Assembly (NCBI GenBank): GCA_965223265.1
Contig: OZ244999.1
Location: 5,120,001 to 5,184,000, forward strand
Source: Planctomycetota bacterium
GTDB lineage: Bacteria; Planctomycetota; UBA8108; SXIK01
Direction: 5' to 3'
Length of the DNA: 64,000 bases
Shown here: positions 1 through 11,532 of the stretch, one piece after another
How the letters are laid out: each line of letters starts with the position of its first letter
Position numbering within the stretch: the first letter of the stretch is position 1
Translations under genes and position numbers: made by a program
Notes under the pieces: generated by a model
What the model was told of the DNA's origin: nothing
Databases searched by the model: none
The model's input: only the letters and a program-made list of their open reading frames with translations

Positions 1-928
1 CGTTCCGGCCTTCCGTCGGCGAGGAGTGACGCGTCAGGCGCCGCCGCGACACCCCCTCCTGATCCGTTGGCGATGCGTCATTAGGCTGTTTGGATTGTCC
101 AGCCCTTCCCATGGCAGCGCGAATACAGAAAGCGACCGGACTGTAACAAACGTAACTCAAAAACACGATCGGTAGGACGACCTCTGGAACGACGCAAGCG
201 AGCACTGCTGCAAAGATCAAATAGGCGAACAAGTCAAAGCTGTGTTTGCGGGCAAAAAACCAGCTACCGGCGTGGCCATACACCAGTCGGTTGGAAACCA
301 TTGTGAAACCAAGAAACAGTGCCAGTACAGGCAGTACGACGGGAACCGAATCGACGATTCGCTGAATGCCGACCTCCCCCGTGTGACTCGCTAGCCACCG
401 CAGCTCAGGCTTGTCGAAGCTCGACAGATACGCATAGAAAATCGACAGCGATGCGATGCAGCCCGCCGCGCCGGGGGTCGGCAACCCCTTGAAGGCCATA
501 TGACTGCTCTCGTCCGGAGAATTCTCGGCCGTAAAACGAGCCAGACGCAGAGTCGCCCCAACGAAGTACGCCAACGAAAAAATCGTCACGATTCTACCCC
601 ACGTCGGCGACGCCGCATGGCTCATCTGGATGATCATGAACGCCGGAACGAGCCCAAAGGTGATCAAATCGCAGAGTGAATCGAGCTGCGCCCCGAGCGC
701 ACTCGAGCCACCGGAGACGCGCGCCACCTTGCCGTCGAAGACGTCGAAAACCATACCGACAAAGACGAGCCAGGCAGCGGACGCCAAGATCTGAGTGACG
801 TCGACGCCGTCGGGCACCGGAGCGCCAGGGCCGGGGATCTTCCGCAGAAGAACGATCGCCATGAAACCGCAGGCGCCGTTACAGATCGTCAGTAGACTCG
901 GGAGCAGCACGCTACGGTTGACTTCCAT
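1..928 (-). CDS. pssA: CDP-diacylglycerol--serine O-phosphatidyltransferase (3' end runs off the window)
   Basis: Not in the ORF track because no stop lies in the window. Manual translation from ATG 928: MEVNRSVLLPSLLTICNGACGF...FDVFDGKVARVSGGSSALGAQLDSLCDLITFGLVPA, the CDP-alcohol phosphotransferase motif DGxxARx8GxxLDxxxD; directly downstream of psd. Confidence 0.93.
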   Translation of the reverse strand, partial: MEVNRSVLLPSLLTICNGACGFMAIVLLRKIPGPGAPVPDGVDVTQILASAAWLVFVGMVFDVFDGKVARVSGGSSALGAQLDSLCDLITFGLVPAFMIIQMSHAASPTWGRIVTIFSLAYFVGATLRLARFTAENSPDESSHMAFKGLPTPGAAGCIASLSIFYAYLSSFDKPELRWLASHTGEVGIQRIVDSVPVVLPVLALFLGFTMVSNRLVYGHAGSWFFARKHSFDLFAYLIFAAVLACVVPEVVLPIVFLSYVCYSPVAFCIRAAMGRAGQSKQPNDASPTDQEGVSRRRLTRHSSPTEGRN

Positions 929-1082
929 CGACAAACAGGATCTCCGCCAATTTCGGGACCGCGGCAAAAACTACGGACGACTTCCAGCCGCAAAGCGCAG
1001 CTGTGGGTTGCCCGCCATGTTCTAGCCTCGAGCTTGGCCGTTTCGCGCCGGCCTGGCCGGACGAGCTTGCCGGGGAGCGTCG

Positions 1083-1919
1083 TTAACGCTGCGGTATCAC
1101 TCCCGCAGAATCAACATCAAACGTCGCCAAAACCGTCTCGCCGCCACTCACCTTATCGCCAACACGTACCCGCACATCCGGACGCAGCCGCTCGGGAATC
1201 AAGATCTCGGTTCGAGAACCATACTTGATCATACCCAACAGGCCACCCCGCGCAACGCCAACACCCGTGCCGAGAGGGCAAATAATGCGTCGTGCCACCG
1301 CCCCGGAGATTTGACGGATCGCGATGCAGACGCCAGGAGGAAAGGGAGGCTCCGTGCATTCAAGCACGATCGTGTTCGACTCGTTTTCCTGTGCCGCACG
1401 TCGATCGCGCGCGTCATGAAAGAATCCAGGTCGATAGCGAACAGCGCGAATGCAGCCGGACGTTGGAGCTCGGTTGACGTGGACGCTAAAGATCGAAAGA
1501 AAAATACCGATGCGCACGCACGGTTCGTCGATCTCCGCTGGAATCCCGTCTGCGGCGGTTGCCAGTGATTCGATATCCCAGATGGTGCCGTCGGCGGGCG
1601 CGACGAACAGCGCCGGGGCGTCCGGCACACGTCGCTTCGGGTTGCGAAAGAACAGCACCCCCAAAGCCGCAGCCGACGCGATCGGGACCAGGGCGAGAAA
1701 CCACCAGATCGACGCGGTCAACGCTAACACCACCGTGAGGCTGGACAAAGCCAACGCGAGAGTCAAGTTGATCAAGATTTCGCGATCGCCCCACGCCACG
1801 AGGTATCTCTCATCAGCACGGAGCAGGTGGTCGGGATGCGCGCGGCGTTCGATCACTGCGTCTGTGGCGACGCGCAGCGCGCCACGGTGTCCGACGGCTG
1901 TGGTAGAATCGTCGATCAC
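1083..1919 (-). CDS. psd: Phosphatidylserine decarboxylase proenzyme
   Basis: FFRNPKR, APADG, IGIFLSIFSVHVNRAP, ENE and the self-cleavage motif IKYGSRTE; next to pssA. Start uncertain. Confidence 0.92.
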   Translation of the reverse strand: MIDDSTTAVGHRGALRVATDAVIERRAHPDHLLRADERYLVAWGDREILINLTLALALSSLTVVLALTASIWWFLALVPIASAAALGVLFFRNPKRRVPDAPALFVAPADGTIWDIESLATAADGIPAEIDEPCVRIGIFLSIFSVHVNRAPTSGCIRAVRYRPGFFHDARDRRAAQENESNTIVLECTEPPFPPGVCIAIRQISGAVARRIICPLGTGVGVARGGLLGMIKYGSRTEILIPERLRPDVRVRVGDKVSGGETVLATFDVDSAGVIPQR

Positions 1920-2295
1920 TCACCCTCCCGGCTGGATTGAAGTTGACAGTTCTTTCAGGCTCCGTTAGAAGCCGAGGTTACTCGGATCGGTCCCCAGGAG
2001 AAAGAGCCTCACGTCGAAATCGGATCAAAGGTGCCGCGGTTGGCCACGGCAGCGCGGAAACCCGAATCCTCCTTGACCCTCGTGACGTTTGCCTCAAGGC
2101 GCAACGCCGAAACAAGGAGTGAGGGGCTAACAGGACGTAGCGGGTGCACCTGGTCCAACGACACACGCGCTCAAAAGCAGCCATCCCGTGGCGCGGGAGT
2201 CACCGTCTCCGCTTCTACCGGGACCAGACTGTGAGCCATGCGCTGGGCGAACGGGCCCAGAGAGAAACACGCAGGAAGAAATCTATAGGAACTGA

Positions 2296-4084
<1,789 letters not shown>

Positions 4085-4175
4085 CGAGCAGACGGCGCAT
4101 CGCGATCAGCTGTGGAGGTGAACGATCCTCGCGGCAGCTCGCAATCGCGTCGGTCGGCGTAGGAAGTGGATCCAA

Positions 4176-5669
4176 GTGAAGAGAAGAAAGAAACGCGCGC
4201 GACAGGGGCGCCAGGCGCGCCGGGAATCGAAGCCAACGCCCTGCTCGTCCCCAGAGGAGAAGGTCGCCGATCGCGAAATCAGCCAAGCAACGGCCGCACC
4301 GCCCCGACTCGACGAGCAGACGAGCAGCGCGCCTGCCGCAGACGACTCGCGACCACGCGATGACACGCGTGAAGACTGTCGCGAAGCGAGGGGAGAGAAA
4401 GACACGGCGCGCACCGACGCAAACAGTACCGCGCCAACGCTCGACGCCCCGGCCCGCGCCCTCGCGGCCAAACTCTCGGCGCTCTCCAGTGATTCACACG
4501 ACCGCCGCAGTGTGCGGGGCCGACAAGAAACACCCCAGTCAAACGCAGCCGACTCGATCTCTACATCGCGCCAGCCGGGCGAATGCGACGTCGACCGAAT
4601 CGATCGAGATGCGATGGCGGCTTCGCGGCAGCGAACTCCCGACGTCGAGTCGTCGACTCTCGTTCCACGAGCTGGCTCAACGCGCCCTCCACGGCACAAA
4701 TTCACAGCGCAAAAGAACTTGACGCCCACGCAGCTGCGAGGTCTCGAGAATGCGCACAAGAATTTCGCACGCGCCGCACAAGCGAAGATGGCGGCAGTTA
4801 TCCGGCGCAAGGTCAACGTCGAGCTCACTGAAATCCATCAGACGACATACTTTGAATTCTTGCGCACCCTGCCTAACCCCACCTGTCTCTTCGTCGTCGA
4901 GGCCCTCCCTGAATCGCTCGAACTCGTCGTCGAGCTCGGCCAGTCGATTGCCGGCCCGCTGATTGACCAGCTGCTGGGAGGACGCGCAGAGGACGCAACG
5001 CATGCCTCCGCTCCGCTGACGATGATCGAACAGGAAATCATCGCAACAGCACTCGATGATCTTCTTGACTCACTTGCCGATAGCTGGGCGCCGTGGTCGA
5101 GAATCCAGTTTCAACGCGGACGATGTGAGCGCACGCCCCTCAACTTACAGATCTTCGACGCGGATCAACTCGTCGTCGTCGTCGCGATGCGCCTGCGCTG
5201 TGCTGGCCACAGCGGCACCTTTCATCTCTGTTTACCAGCGCGCCCCTTCGCTGCCATCCTGTCGAGTTTCAGCTCCTCGGGGAAAACACAGGCCCGCGGT
5301 AGCGACAAAGACGCGAGGCGGCAACGCCTCTTCGAACGACTGGCTGACACGTCCGTCGAACTGCAGGCCGATTTACCGTCGATCCCCGTACGGCTGCATG
5401 ACCTGCTCACTCTACGCTGTGGCGATGTTCTCGACACACAGCTGGCCCGCGCCACGGAGGTGTCCGTGAAGGTGCAAGATCGATTGCTGCACCGGGGCCC
5501 TTTGACGAACTCGCAAGGACGCCGCGCGGTGCGCGTGACCGAACGCCTCTCCGAGACGAGCAGCGTCCGACGGACGCCGCGGTCACAGGCGGCAAACGGG
5601 ACCTCTGAGTCGCTCAGCGACACGTCGGAATCAGCGGTTGACAGCGCGAAGAACGGCGAGGAGGCGTAG
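4176..5669 (+). CDS. fliM: Flagellar motor switch protein FliM-like (FliM middle domain + SpoA/FliMN_C); true start may be ATG 4614
   Basis: QLRGLENAHKNFAR...TYFEFLRTLPNPTCLF, IDQLLGG, PLTMIEQ, and C-terminal LHDLLTLRCGDVL...GRRAVRV. Confidence 0.8.
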   Translation: MKRRKKRARQGRQARRESKPTPCSSPEEKVADREISQATAAPPRLDEQTSSAPAADDSRPRDDTREDCREARGEKDTARTDANSTAPTLDAPARALAAKLSALSSDSHDRRSVRGRQETPQSNAADSISTSRQPGECDVDRIDRDAMAASRQRTPDVESSTLVPRAGSTRPPRHKFTAQKNLTPTQLRGLENAHKNFARAAQAKMAAVIRRKVNVELTEIHQTTYFEFLRTLPNPTCLFVVEALPESLELVVELGQSIAGPLIDQLLGGRAEDATHASAPLTMIEQEIIATALDDLLDSLADSWAPWSRIQFQRGRCERTPLNLQIFDADQLVVVVAMRLRCAGHSGTFHLCLPARPFAAILSSFSSSGKTQARGSDKDARRQRLFERLADTSVELQADLPSIPVRLHDLLTLRCGDVLDTQLARATEVSVKVQDRLLHRGPLTNSQGRRAVRVTERLSETSSVRRTPRSQAANGTSESLSDTSESAVDSAKNGEEA

Positions 5670-5845
5670 CCTGTTGAATACGTGCTTCGAGCCGAAAACT
5701 GGTCTCTTCGCGTCCAGATCGGCCGCCACCAACGCAGGCAATCTTCGGGTCCTCTTCTTTCGACTCTGATGGCGAGTATTGACGCGGCCCGTCTGGGCGT
5801 GAAGAGGCCAGTTTCTTCGGCCGAATGACTTTTTCAGGCGGGCTG
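5668..5845 (+). mobile_element. MITE-like repeat, copy 1 (~178 bp)
   Basis: AGCCTGTTGAATA...GACTTTTTCAGGCGGGCTG; body nearly identical to 41420-41597; starts at the fliM TAG. Confidence 0.8.
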
Positions 5846-5918
5846 GTAGGCAAAGACGCCGCAGTCTCGGTGGCACGTGAAATCTACGCCTCCCACAGCA
5901 GCCGGCTGCCGATTCCGG

Positions 5919-7151
5919 CTACCTCTGAGTCCGCCGCGGAATCCGGACGGTCTCTCCGGCGCGTAGATGCAGGTTACGACGCCGCTTGAGCGCCGGGTTG
6001 GCCTGAACGATCTCGTGCATGCGCCCTCCATCACCAAGGAAGCGCTGCGCTAGACCCCAGAGAGTCTCACCCTCACCCACCTTGTGGCTGAACGTGCCTT
6101 GGCGTTTCGGTGCTGACCGGTCGCGGGCAGTCTGCGCGTCAACGCCACGCCCGTTCGGCGTCGCCGGGTTGTTCGAAACCTGACGCGGTCTCTTCGCGGG
6201 GGGCGCCGGCACGGTCACCGTCTTCCCGGGATGCATCTTCACGCCGGAGTTTGCGGCTTGAATGAGCTCGTACTGGGGTGCGAATTCGGCTCCCCAGTAG
6301 CGTTCCGCAATCGCCCACCAGCTATCGTTCGGACGAATCACATGCCGCGTAGGAAAACGGCCGCTCTTCTCGGCGTTCGGCCGGGGCCCTGTGTTTCTCA
6401 CAACCGTTGGCGGCGCGGTGTTCTTCTCATTCTTTGACCGGTCGGGCGGAATGTCGACCGTGACAATTCCTCGGTCCACCGATCCTTCGTCGGGCGCAAC
6501 GCTGACGATCGGAACCGTGCTATCGCGGCGCTTAGGTGCCGCTGGTTGGCGTTTGTCGTCGGCGCCGAGGCTAACGGGCGGGATCGGCAGCCCGGACGGA
6601 TCCCGTGGGCCAACAATGCTCACATCCCCGAGGGGGCCGACATTCGCACTGCGGAGCCGCCCCTGACGGCCACCGCCGCCATGCTGCCCTGTGGGCGGCG
6701 AAGGAACCGGGGCCCTGGCCAAATCGCCTCTCTGTTGCGACTGGGTGTCACGGGACGGCGGCGTTCGCGGCGCTCCAGGGGACTGCGAACCCGTTGTTCG
6801 CGATGGCGCGGTCGAATCGCCGTTTTTCATGTCACGGTTCGACGCCGTGTTGTCCCGACCCGTGGGAGGCCTGGCGGGCCCCCGATTGCCGCTGACTGTC
6901 CGATTCCCCGACACGGGACGGCGGCCGGTATCGCGGGAGGTCGACTTGACCGCGGGCTTTTTCTCTCCTTGTCGCTGCACCGATCTCTTGTCGGCGGCGA
7001 TGTTCGCGGCCGTCGTCTTCGCCGTCTCTTCAGAGCTTCGAGCATCGACCGTGGAGTCCGACGGTTCAGAGCTATCCTTTACGGCCCGCGCAATCACCGC
7101 CACCAGAATCACGAGCAAAGCAACCAGGGCAACCTTCGTCCCGCTGCTCAT
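5919..7151 (-). CDS. Membrane-anchored LysM peptidoglycan-binding protein (two LysM domains)
   Basis: N-terminal TM, long disordered linker, HVIRPNDSWWAIAERYWG and HKVGEGETLWGLAQRFLGDG...LRAGETVRIP. Confidence 0.88.
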   Translation of the reverse strand: MSSGTKVALVALLVILVAVIARAVKDSSEPSDSTVDARSSEETAKTTAANIAADKRSVQRQGEKKPAVKSTSRDTGRRPVSGNRTVSGNRGPARPPTGRDNTASNRDMKNGDSTAPSRTTGSQSPGAPRTPPSRDTQSQQRGDLARAPVPSPPTGQHGGGGRQGRLRSANVGPLGDVSIVGPRDPSGLPIPPVSLGADDKRQPAAPKRRDSTVPIVSVAPDEGSVDRGIVTVDIPPDRSKNEKNTAPPTVVRNTGPRPNAEKSGRFPTRHVIRPNDSWWAIAERYWGAEFAPQYELIQAANSGVKMHPGKTVTVPAPPAKRPRQVSNNPATPNGRGVDAQTARDRSAPKRQGTFSHKVGEGETLWGLAQRFLGDGGRMHEIVQANPALKRRRNLHLRAGETVRIPRRTQR

Positions 7152-7762
7152 ACTTCACTTCCTTTCACCACACCGCCATTCACCATACCGCAGAATGCTA
7201 CTGAGCCGCGAACCGGCGAGGCGTGCACCGACAGACAGCGTCTTCCGAGCACACACAGTTTCGGCACGGCGCAGCCGCAAGGTCCTCTGACCGCAGCTCG
7301 ACCTCACCTGCAAGTAGCGCCAAAATGGAATCTGGCCCACTCGCGTCTCCACAGGCGAGCGTTGGTCCTCTTCACTCTCTTTTTCCCGCTCTCCCGCCTC
7401 GTCCTCTCGTCTCTCTTCTGGATTCTCTCTTCCGCTTCCCTTCTCTCGCCGCTCCATCATCGTTCGGAGCGCGTCCTCTCGTTCTTTCCATGCACGCGAC
7501 GCGTGCACGTCCGACACGAGATTCAGTCGAACCGGCCGTATCCGGCGGGACAAGATAGGCCGGTAAACTTTTGGGAATTTAAGCGGCGGCAGGGCCAGAC
7601 GTCAACAATGAATCTTGACGAACCGCGGGAAGGGCTCGTAGCGCGGAACGATCACGCCGCCGGCCGTGGTGAAGCAGCATCCCGCCTCGCCACGGCCGAC
7701 AGCTCGATCTGGCACCTTGAAGACCCTATTGTCGGCCCATTGTCGATGGGCTCCGAAGGTCT

Positions 7763-10700
7763 CTACACCTGCTCCATCGCGATGCGCTCGCGTCTCGCAA
7801 CCGAACGCGCATGCAGGATGATCAGCACGGGGCTGGCGACAAACACTGAGGAGTAGGTTCCTGCGAGGATGCCGATCAGGAAGATGAAAGCAAAGCCGCT
7901 GACCGCCTCGGTCGCAAAGAAGAGCAGGACGAAGGTCACACACAGCGTCGTCAAGGATGTCCAGAGTGTACGCGTCAAAGTCTGGTTGATGCTCAGATTA
8001 ACGATGTCTTTGAAATCCATCCGCTTCTTGGCAAACAACTGCATGTTTTCGCGGATGCGGTCAAAGATGACGATCGTGTCGTTGATCGAGTAACCAACAA
8101 TCGTAAGAATCGCCGCCAGCTCGGCGAGATTGATCTTCACAGAAAACGTGCCGCCGAAGAAGTAGTCGACCATGGCGACAAGTCCGATGCTGATGAGAAT
8201 ATCGTGAACGAGCGCCACAATGGCGGCGACACCGAAGATGAACTCAAAGCGCAGCGAAACGTAGAAGATGATCCCGAGCATCGAGATGAAAAGTGCGACA
8301 ATCGCATCCTGCTGAAGCGTCGAGGCGACCTTAGGCCCGACGGTCGCAACTTCGGAAAACGCCTCCGACAGTTCAAAAAGTCGATCGTTCCCGGCCGCTG
8401 TGGCGCCTGGTCCGTGACTATGAAAAAAATCTGTGAACGCCTCCTCGACGACGGTTTGCGGCGGTGATTCGTTCGACCGAAGGGCCTGGACCGGCGGCTG
8501 ATAGGCGTTGGTGACAAACTGATAGCGTTTGACACCGTCGGTGTCCGACACCAGAGACACTGACTCGACCGAAATCCCTGTGAAGCTTCCCACCGGCGTC
8601 CCTGACTCCGACAGGCGTGGCTGCAGATCCGGATTCGCAGCGAACGCGGCGTTGAGTCGATCCTTAAAGTCCTCTTCGGTGAGGTCCGCTTCGACTCGGA
8701 GAAAATTGACGTCCATCGTCAGATAGAAGTTGCCTTCGCTGCCAGCGTCGGTCGCCAACTTCCACTCCCGCAACGGAATGAGCGGCGGCAGGAGCAAGTT
8801 GTCCGCGCGCAGCATGTCTTCGAGTGCTGAACGGACGCGCTGGGCCGGTCCAATCTGCGACCCCGCGTCGATAGTGCCGTCTGCGACACTCGGCGCTGCG
8901 GAGATGCTGGTGCCCGCATCCGCAGGGGGCGTTGAGGCGCTCTGCGAGGTCGCCGCGTCTTCCGCCGGTGCTGATTCCGACTCTTGGGCATTCGCCGCCG
9001 GCAAACCGCCATGCCCCTCGCTGGCTCGCGTTCGCAGCGCGAACGCACTCGCCTCGTCGGACGATCCGGCCAAGGTCTGTAGAGTCCAGTCGCGGAAGAG
9101 CTCTGGCTGGGCGGTGGCAAGCGTGGCGATCTTGCTCTTCATGTCTGCGACTGAAATCGGGCGACTCAGCTGCATGTTAATGCGCGCGCCACCCGTGAAA
9201 TCGATGCCGTAGTTGTTGCTGCCGCGCGCGATCACGAGGACCCAAGTGGCGACGATCACAAACACCGAGCCCGTCAGAAAACGCCTCTGCACGCGCGGGA
9301 AGTTGATGTTGGGCGTCTCGAAGGCCTGAAGCATACGAAACGATTTGACGATCCCGACGTTGACGAGGAAGCTGACGATGAGTCGAGTGACAAAGATCGC
9401 TGTGATGAAGCTGATCACGATGCCGCTGATGAGCGTGACGGCGAATCCTTTGACGGGTCCGGTGCCGAACTGAAAGAGGACCATGCCAGTGATGAACGTC
9501 GTTAGGTTGGCATCAAAGATGACCCAAAAGGCGCGTCGATAGCCCGACGCGAGGGCCTGCAAGACCGGCTTCCCCTTCTTCAGCTCCTCGCGCACACGCT
9601 CGAAAATGAGAATGTTGGCATCCACGGCCATACCGACGGTGAGCAGAATGCCCGCCATGCCTGGGAGCGTGAGCGTCTGGCGAAAGCACGCGACGTAGGT
9701 GAGGATAAAGAAGATGTTCAGCACCAGCGCGAAATTCGCCACGAGGCCGCCGGCGAGGTAGTAGACCGCCATGATCAGCATGACGATCGCAAGGGCGCAC
9801 AAAACCGCCTGCAAGCTCGACTGAATTGAGTCTTGCCCCAAGACCGACCCGACGGTGCTCTCAGAGACAAGCGCCGGTTTGGCCGGCAAGCTGCCGCCGC
9901 GAAGGATCGTGACAATGCCGATGACATCGTCCTGTGTGAACTGCCCAGAGATCTCGCCGCTGGCGCCGATGCGCTCGCTGATGTTCGCGACCTGAATGAT
10001 GTCATTGTCGAGCGTGATCGCAAGGCCGCGGTCGACATTGCTGCCAGTCAAGTTGCCGAATTGAAAGGCGCCTTCACCGTCGAACTCGAAAAACACCGCC
10101 GGTCCGTATGTGCGCTGGCTACGAGTTGGGCTGACGCGCTTGAGGTGGCTACCGCTCACGATCTTGTCGGGCGAGTTCTCAAGCGTGCGCTTGATCGGGC
10201 GGCCGGCTTCGTTCCTCTGGGGCTGGAATCCGGCGGCTGGGTTGTCGGGATCCTTCTCGACGACGACGCGAACGACGTAGAGCGGGCGTTCCGGGCGCGG
10301 TCCCTGAAAGTTCGGGTCGGCGACTTTCTTCTCAACCCACTCGCGCTCAGCGTTGACGTAAGCCAGCTCTTCGCGCTCGATTTGAGCTTGCCGCTCGGGC
10401 GTCTGCTCGGACTCGATCGCCTCCAATCGAAACTCAAGCGTGCCGGCCGTTTCGATCTGCTGCTTGATGGCGCCGACCGACTGGGCGTCCTGGCCGGGGA
10501 GCTGAACGACCAGCTGATCCCGCCCCTGAACCGCGACGCTGATGTCTTTGAGTCCGTAGACGTTCAGGCGATTCGTGATGATGTCCTTCACTTCGCCGGC
10601 GACCTTGTCGCGCTCAGACTCAACGCGGCTGAGATCGATCGAGTAGGTCAGCTCGGAGCCGCCGACGAGGTCAATGCCGTACTGGAGTCGGGTTTCGGCG

Positions 10701-10768
10701 AGAATCCACACCCCGAGTCCGATCACGAGTGCGAGTAGGGCGAAGCCCCAGCGTGTTCTCTTGTACAT
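7763..10768 (-). CDS. secDF: Fused protein translocase subunit SecDF
   Basis: YGIDLVGG, TLTLPGMAGILLTVGMAVDANILIFERVREE (SecD); YGIDFTGG, GYSINDTIVIFDRIREN (SecF). Confidence 0.97.
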   Translation of the reverse strand: MYKRTRWGFALLALVIGLGVWILAETRLQYGIDLVGGSELTYSIDLSRVESERDKVAGEVKDIITNRLNVYGLKDISVAVQGRDQLVVQLPGQDAQSVGAIKQQIETAGTLEFRLEAIESEQTPERQAQIEREELAYVNAEREWVEKKVADPNFQGPRPERPLYVVRVVVEKDPDNPAAGFQPQRNEAGRPIKRTLENSPDKIVSGSHLKRVSPTRSQRTYGPAVFFEFDGEGAFQFGNLTGSNVDRGLAITLDNDIIQVANISERIGASGEISGQFTQDDVIGIVTILRGGSLPAKPALVSESTVGSVLGQDSIQSSLQAVLCALAIVMLIMAVYYLAGGLVANFALVLNIFFILTYVACFRQTLTLPGMAGILLTVGMAVDANILIFERVREELKKGKPVLQALASGYRRAFWVIFDANLTTFITGMVLFQFGTGPVKGFAVTLISGIVISFITAIFVTRLIVSFLVNVGIVKSFRMLQAFETPNINFPRVQRRFLTGSVFVIVATWVLVIARGSNNYGIDFTGGARINMQLSRPISVADMKSKIATLATAQPELFRDWTLQTLAGSSDEASAFALRTRASEGHGGLPAANAQESESAPAEDAATSQSASTPPADAGTSISAAPSVADGTIDAGSQIGPAQRVRSALEDMLRADNLLLPPLIPLREWKLATDAGSEGNFYLTMDVNFLRVEADLTEEDFKDRLNAAFAANPDLQPRLSESGTPVGSFTGISVESVSLVSDTDGVKRYQFVTNAYQPPVQALRSNESPPQTVVEEAFTDFFHSHGPGATAAGNDRLFELSEAFSEVATVGPKVASTLQQDAIVALFISMLGIIFYVSLRFEFIFGVAAIVALVHDILISIGLVAMVDYFFGGTFSVKINLAELAAILTIVGYSINDTIVIFDRIRENMQLFAKKRMDFKDIVNLSINQTLTRTLWTSLTTLCVTFVLLFFATEAVSGFAFIFLIGILAGTYSSVFVASPVLIILHARSVARRERIAMEQV

Positions 10769-10952
10769 ATCCTGGTCCTCTCTTGAAGTTCCGCGATGCC
10801 CCGAACGCGTGAATCGTCGCTTTTATCGGCGCTCACGCGCTCGCGCGTTGAAGAAAAATCTCACGCGCAGGCACTCTTCACCTGTGCGCGTTCTTCCGCC
10901 ACGACTCGATCGTTTTGGCGTCCGTTCGATGAGCAGTCCGTGCCGCGAACGG

Positions 10953-11402
10953 CTACATGGACGTCGCGTGCGGAGGAGCGCGCGGGGCGCGGAGGAGCGT
11001 CGCGGGGTCTTCGCCCGCGCTCCCAAGGGGCGGCAGAGTCCGACCGCGCCAAAGAGCCAGAGGCGGTCGCTGCTGGCCGGGCGTCGCGCGGTGCGCCGCG
11101 TGCACGAGACCGTCGCCCTCTCGGGTCGGACGGCGTTCGACCACATCGCGACTCGCCGCGTTGCAAGCGTCGGCCAGCGGCTGGCCGGGCGGGTTCTGGC
11201 TGCCGCCCCGCGGTGACGGCTCTTCCTCATGCGTTGCGTCGGGCGGCGCCGCGGCCGTCAGGCTCCCCCACCCACCGACAACACAGCTACCGAGGAAACC
11301 CAGCACCATCGGCAAGAGTGCCGCCACGCGACGACGTCGTCGCTCCGCGGCAGAGGTCGCGTCGAAATCAGCGCTGTGGTTTTTGGTGGTGGTGCAGCTC
11401 AT
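10953..11402 (-). CDS. Putative secDF leader / translation-arrest peptide, 149 aa, signal/TM segment plus C-terminal RAPP
   Basis: From ATG 11402: MSCTTTKNH...RRRRRVAALLPMVLGFLGSCVVGGWGSLTAAAPP...TLLRAPRAPPHATSM*; fills the yajC-secDF gap on the operon strand. Confidence 0.7.
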   Translation of the reverse strand: MSCTTTKNHSADFDATSAAERRRRRVAALLPMVLGFLGSCVVGGWGSLTAAAPPDATHEEEPSPRGGSQNPPGQPLADACNAASRDVVERRPTREGDGLVHAAHRATPGQQRPPLALWRGRTLPPLGSAGEDPATLLRAPRAPPHATSM

Positions 11403-11480
11403 ATCTACTCGGGGCGCGAGGCGCGGCACCCGGTCAAGGGCGCCCCCTGCCCGCTCGGCCCGTCGCCGGTGCTCGCTGAA

Positions 11481-11510
11481 TGAATTCGTCTGAATTCGTC
11501 TGAATTCGTC
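11481..11510. repeat. Perfect 10-bp tandem repeat (TGAATTCGTC)x3
   Basis: Read directly; between the yajC stop and the leader ORF start. Confidence 0.9.
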
Positions 11511-11532
11511 GCTTCGACAGCCGGTGGACTGG

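Noticed and set aside
10796-11493. Plus-strand ORFs 10796..11479 and 10957..11493
   Set aside because: Arg/Ala-rich, motif-less and antisense to the operon; the minus-strand TM + RAPP ORF explains the region better.
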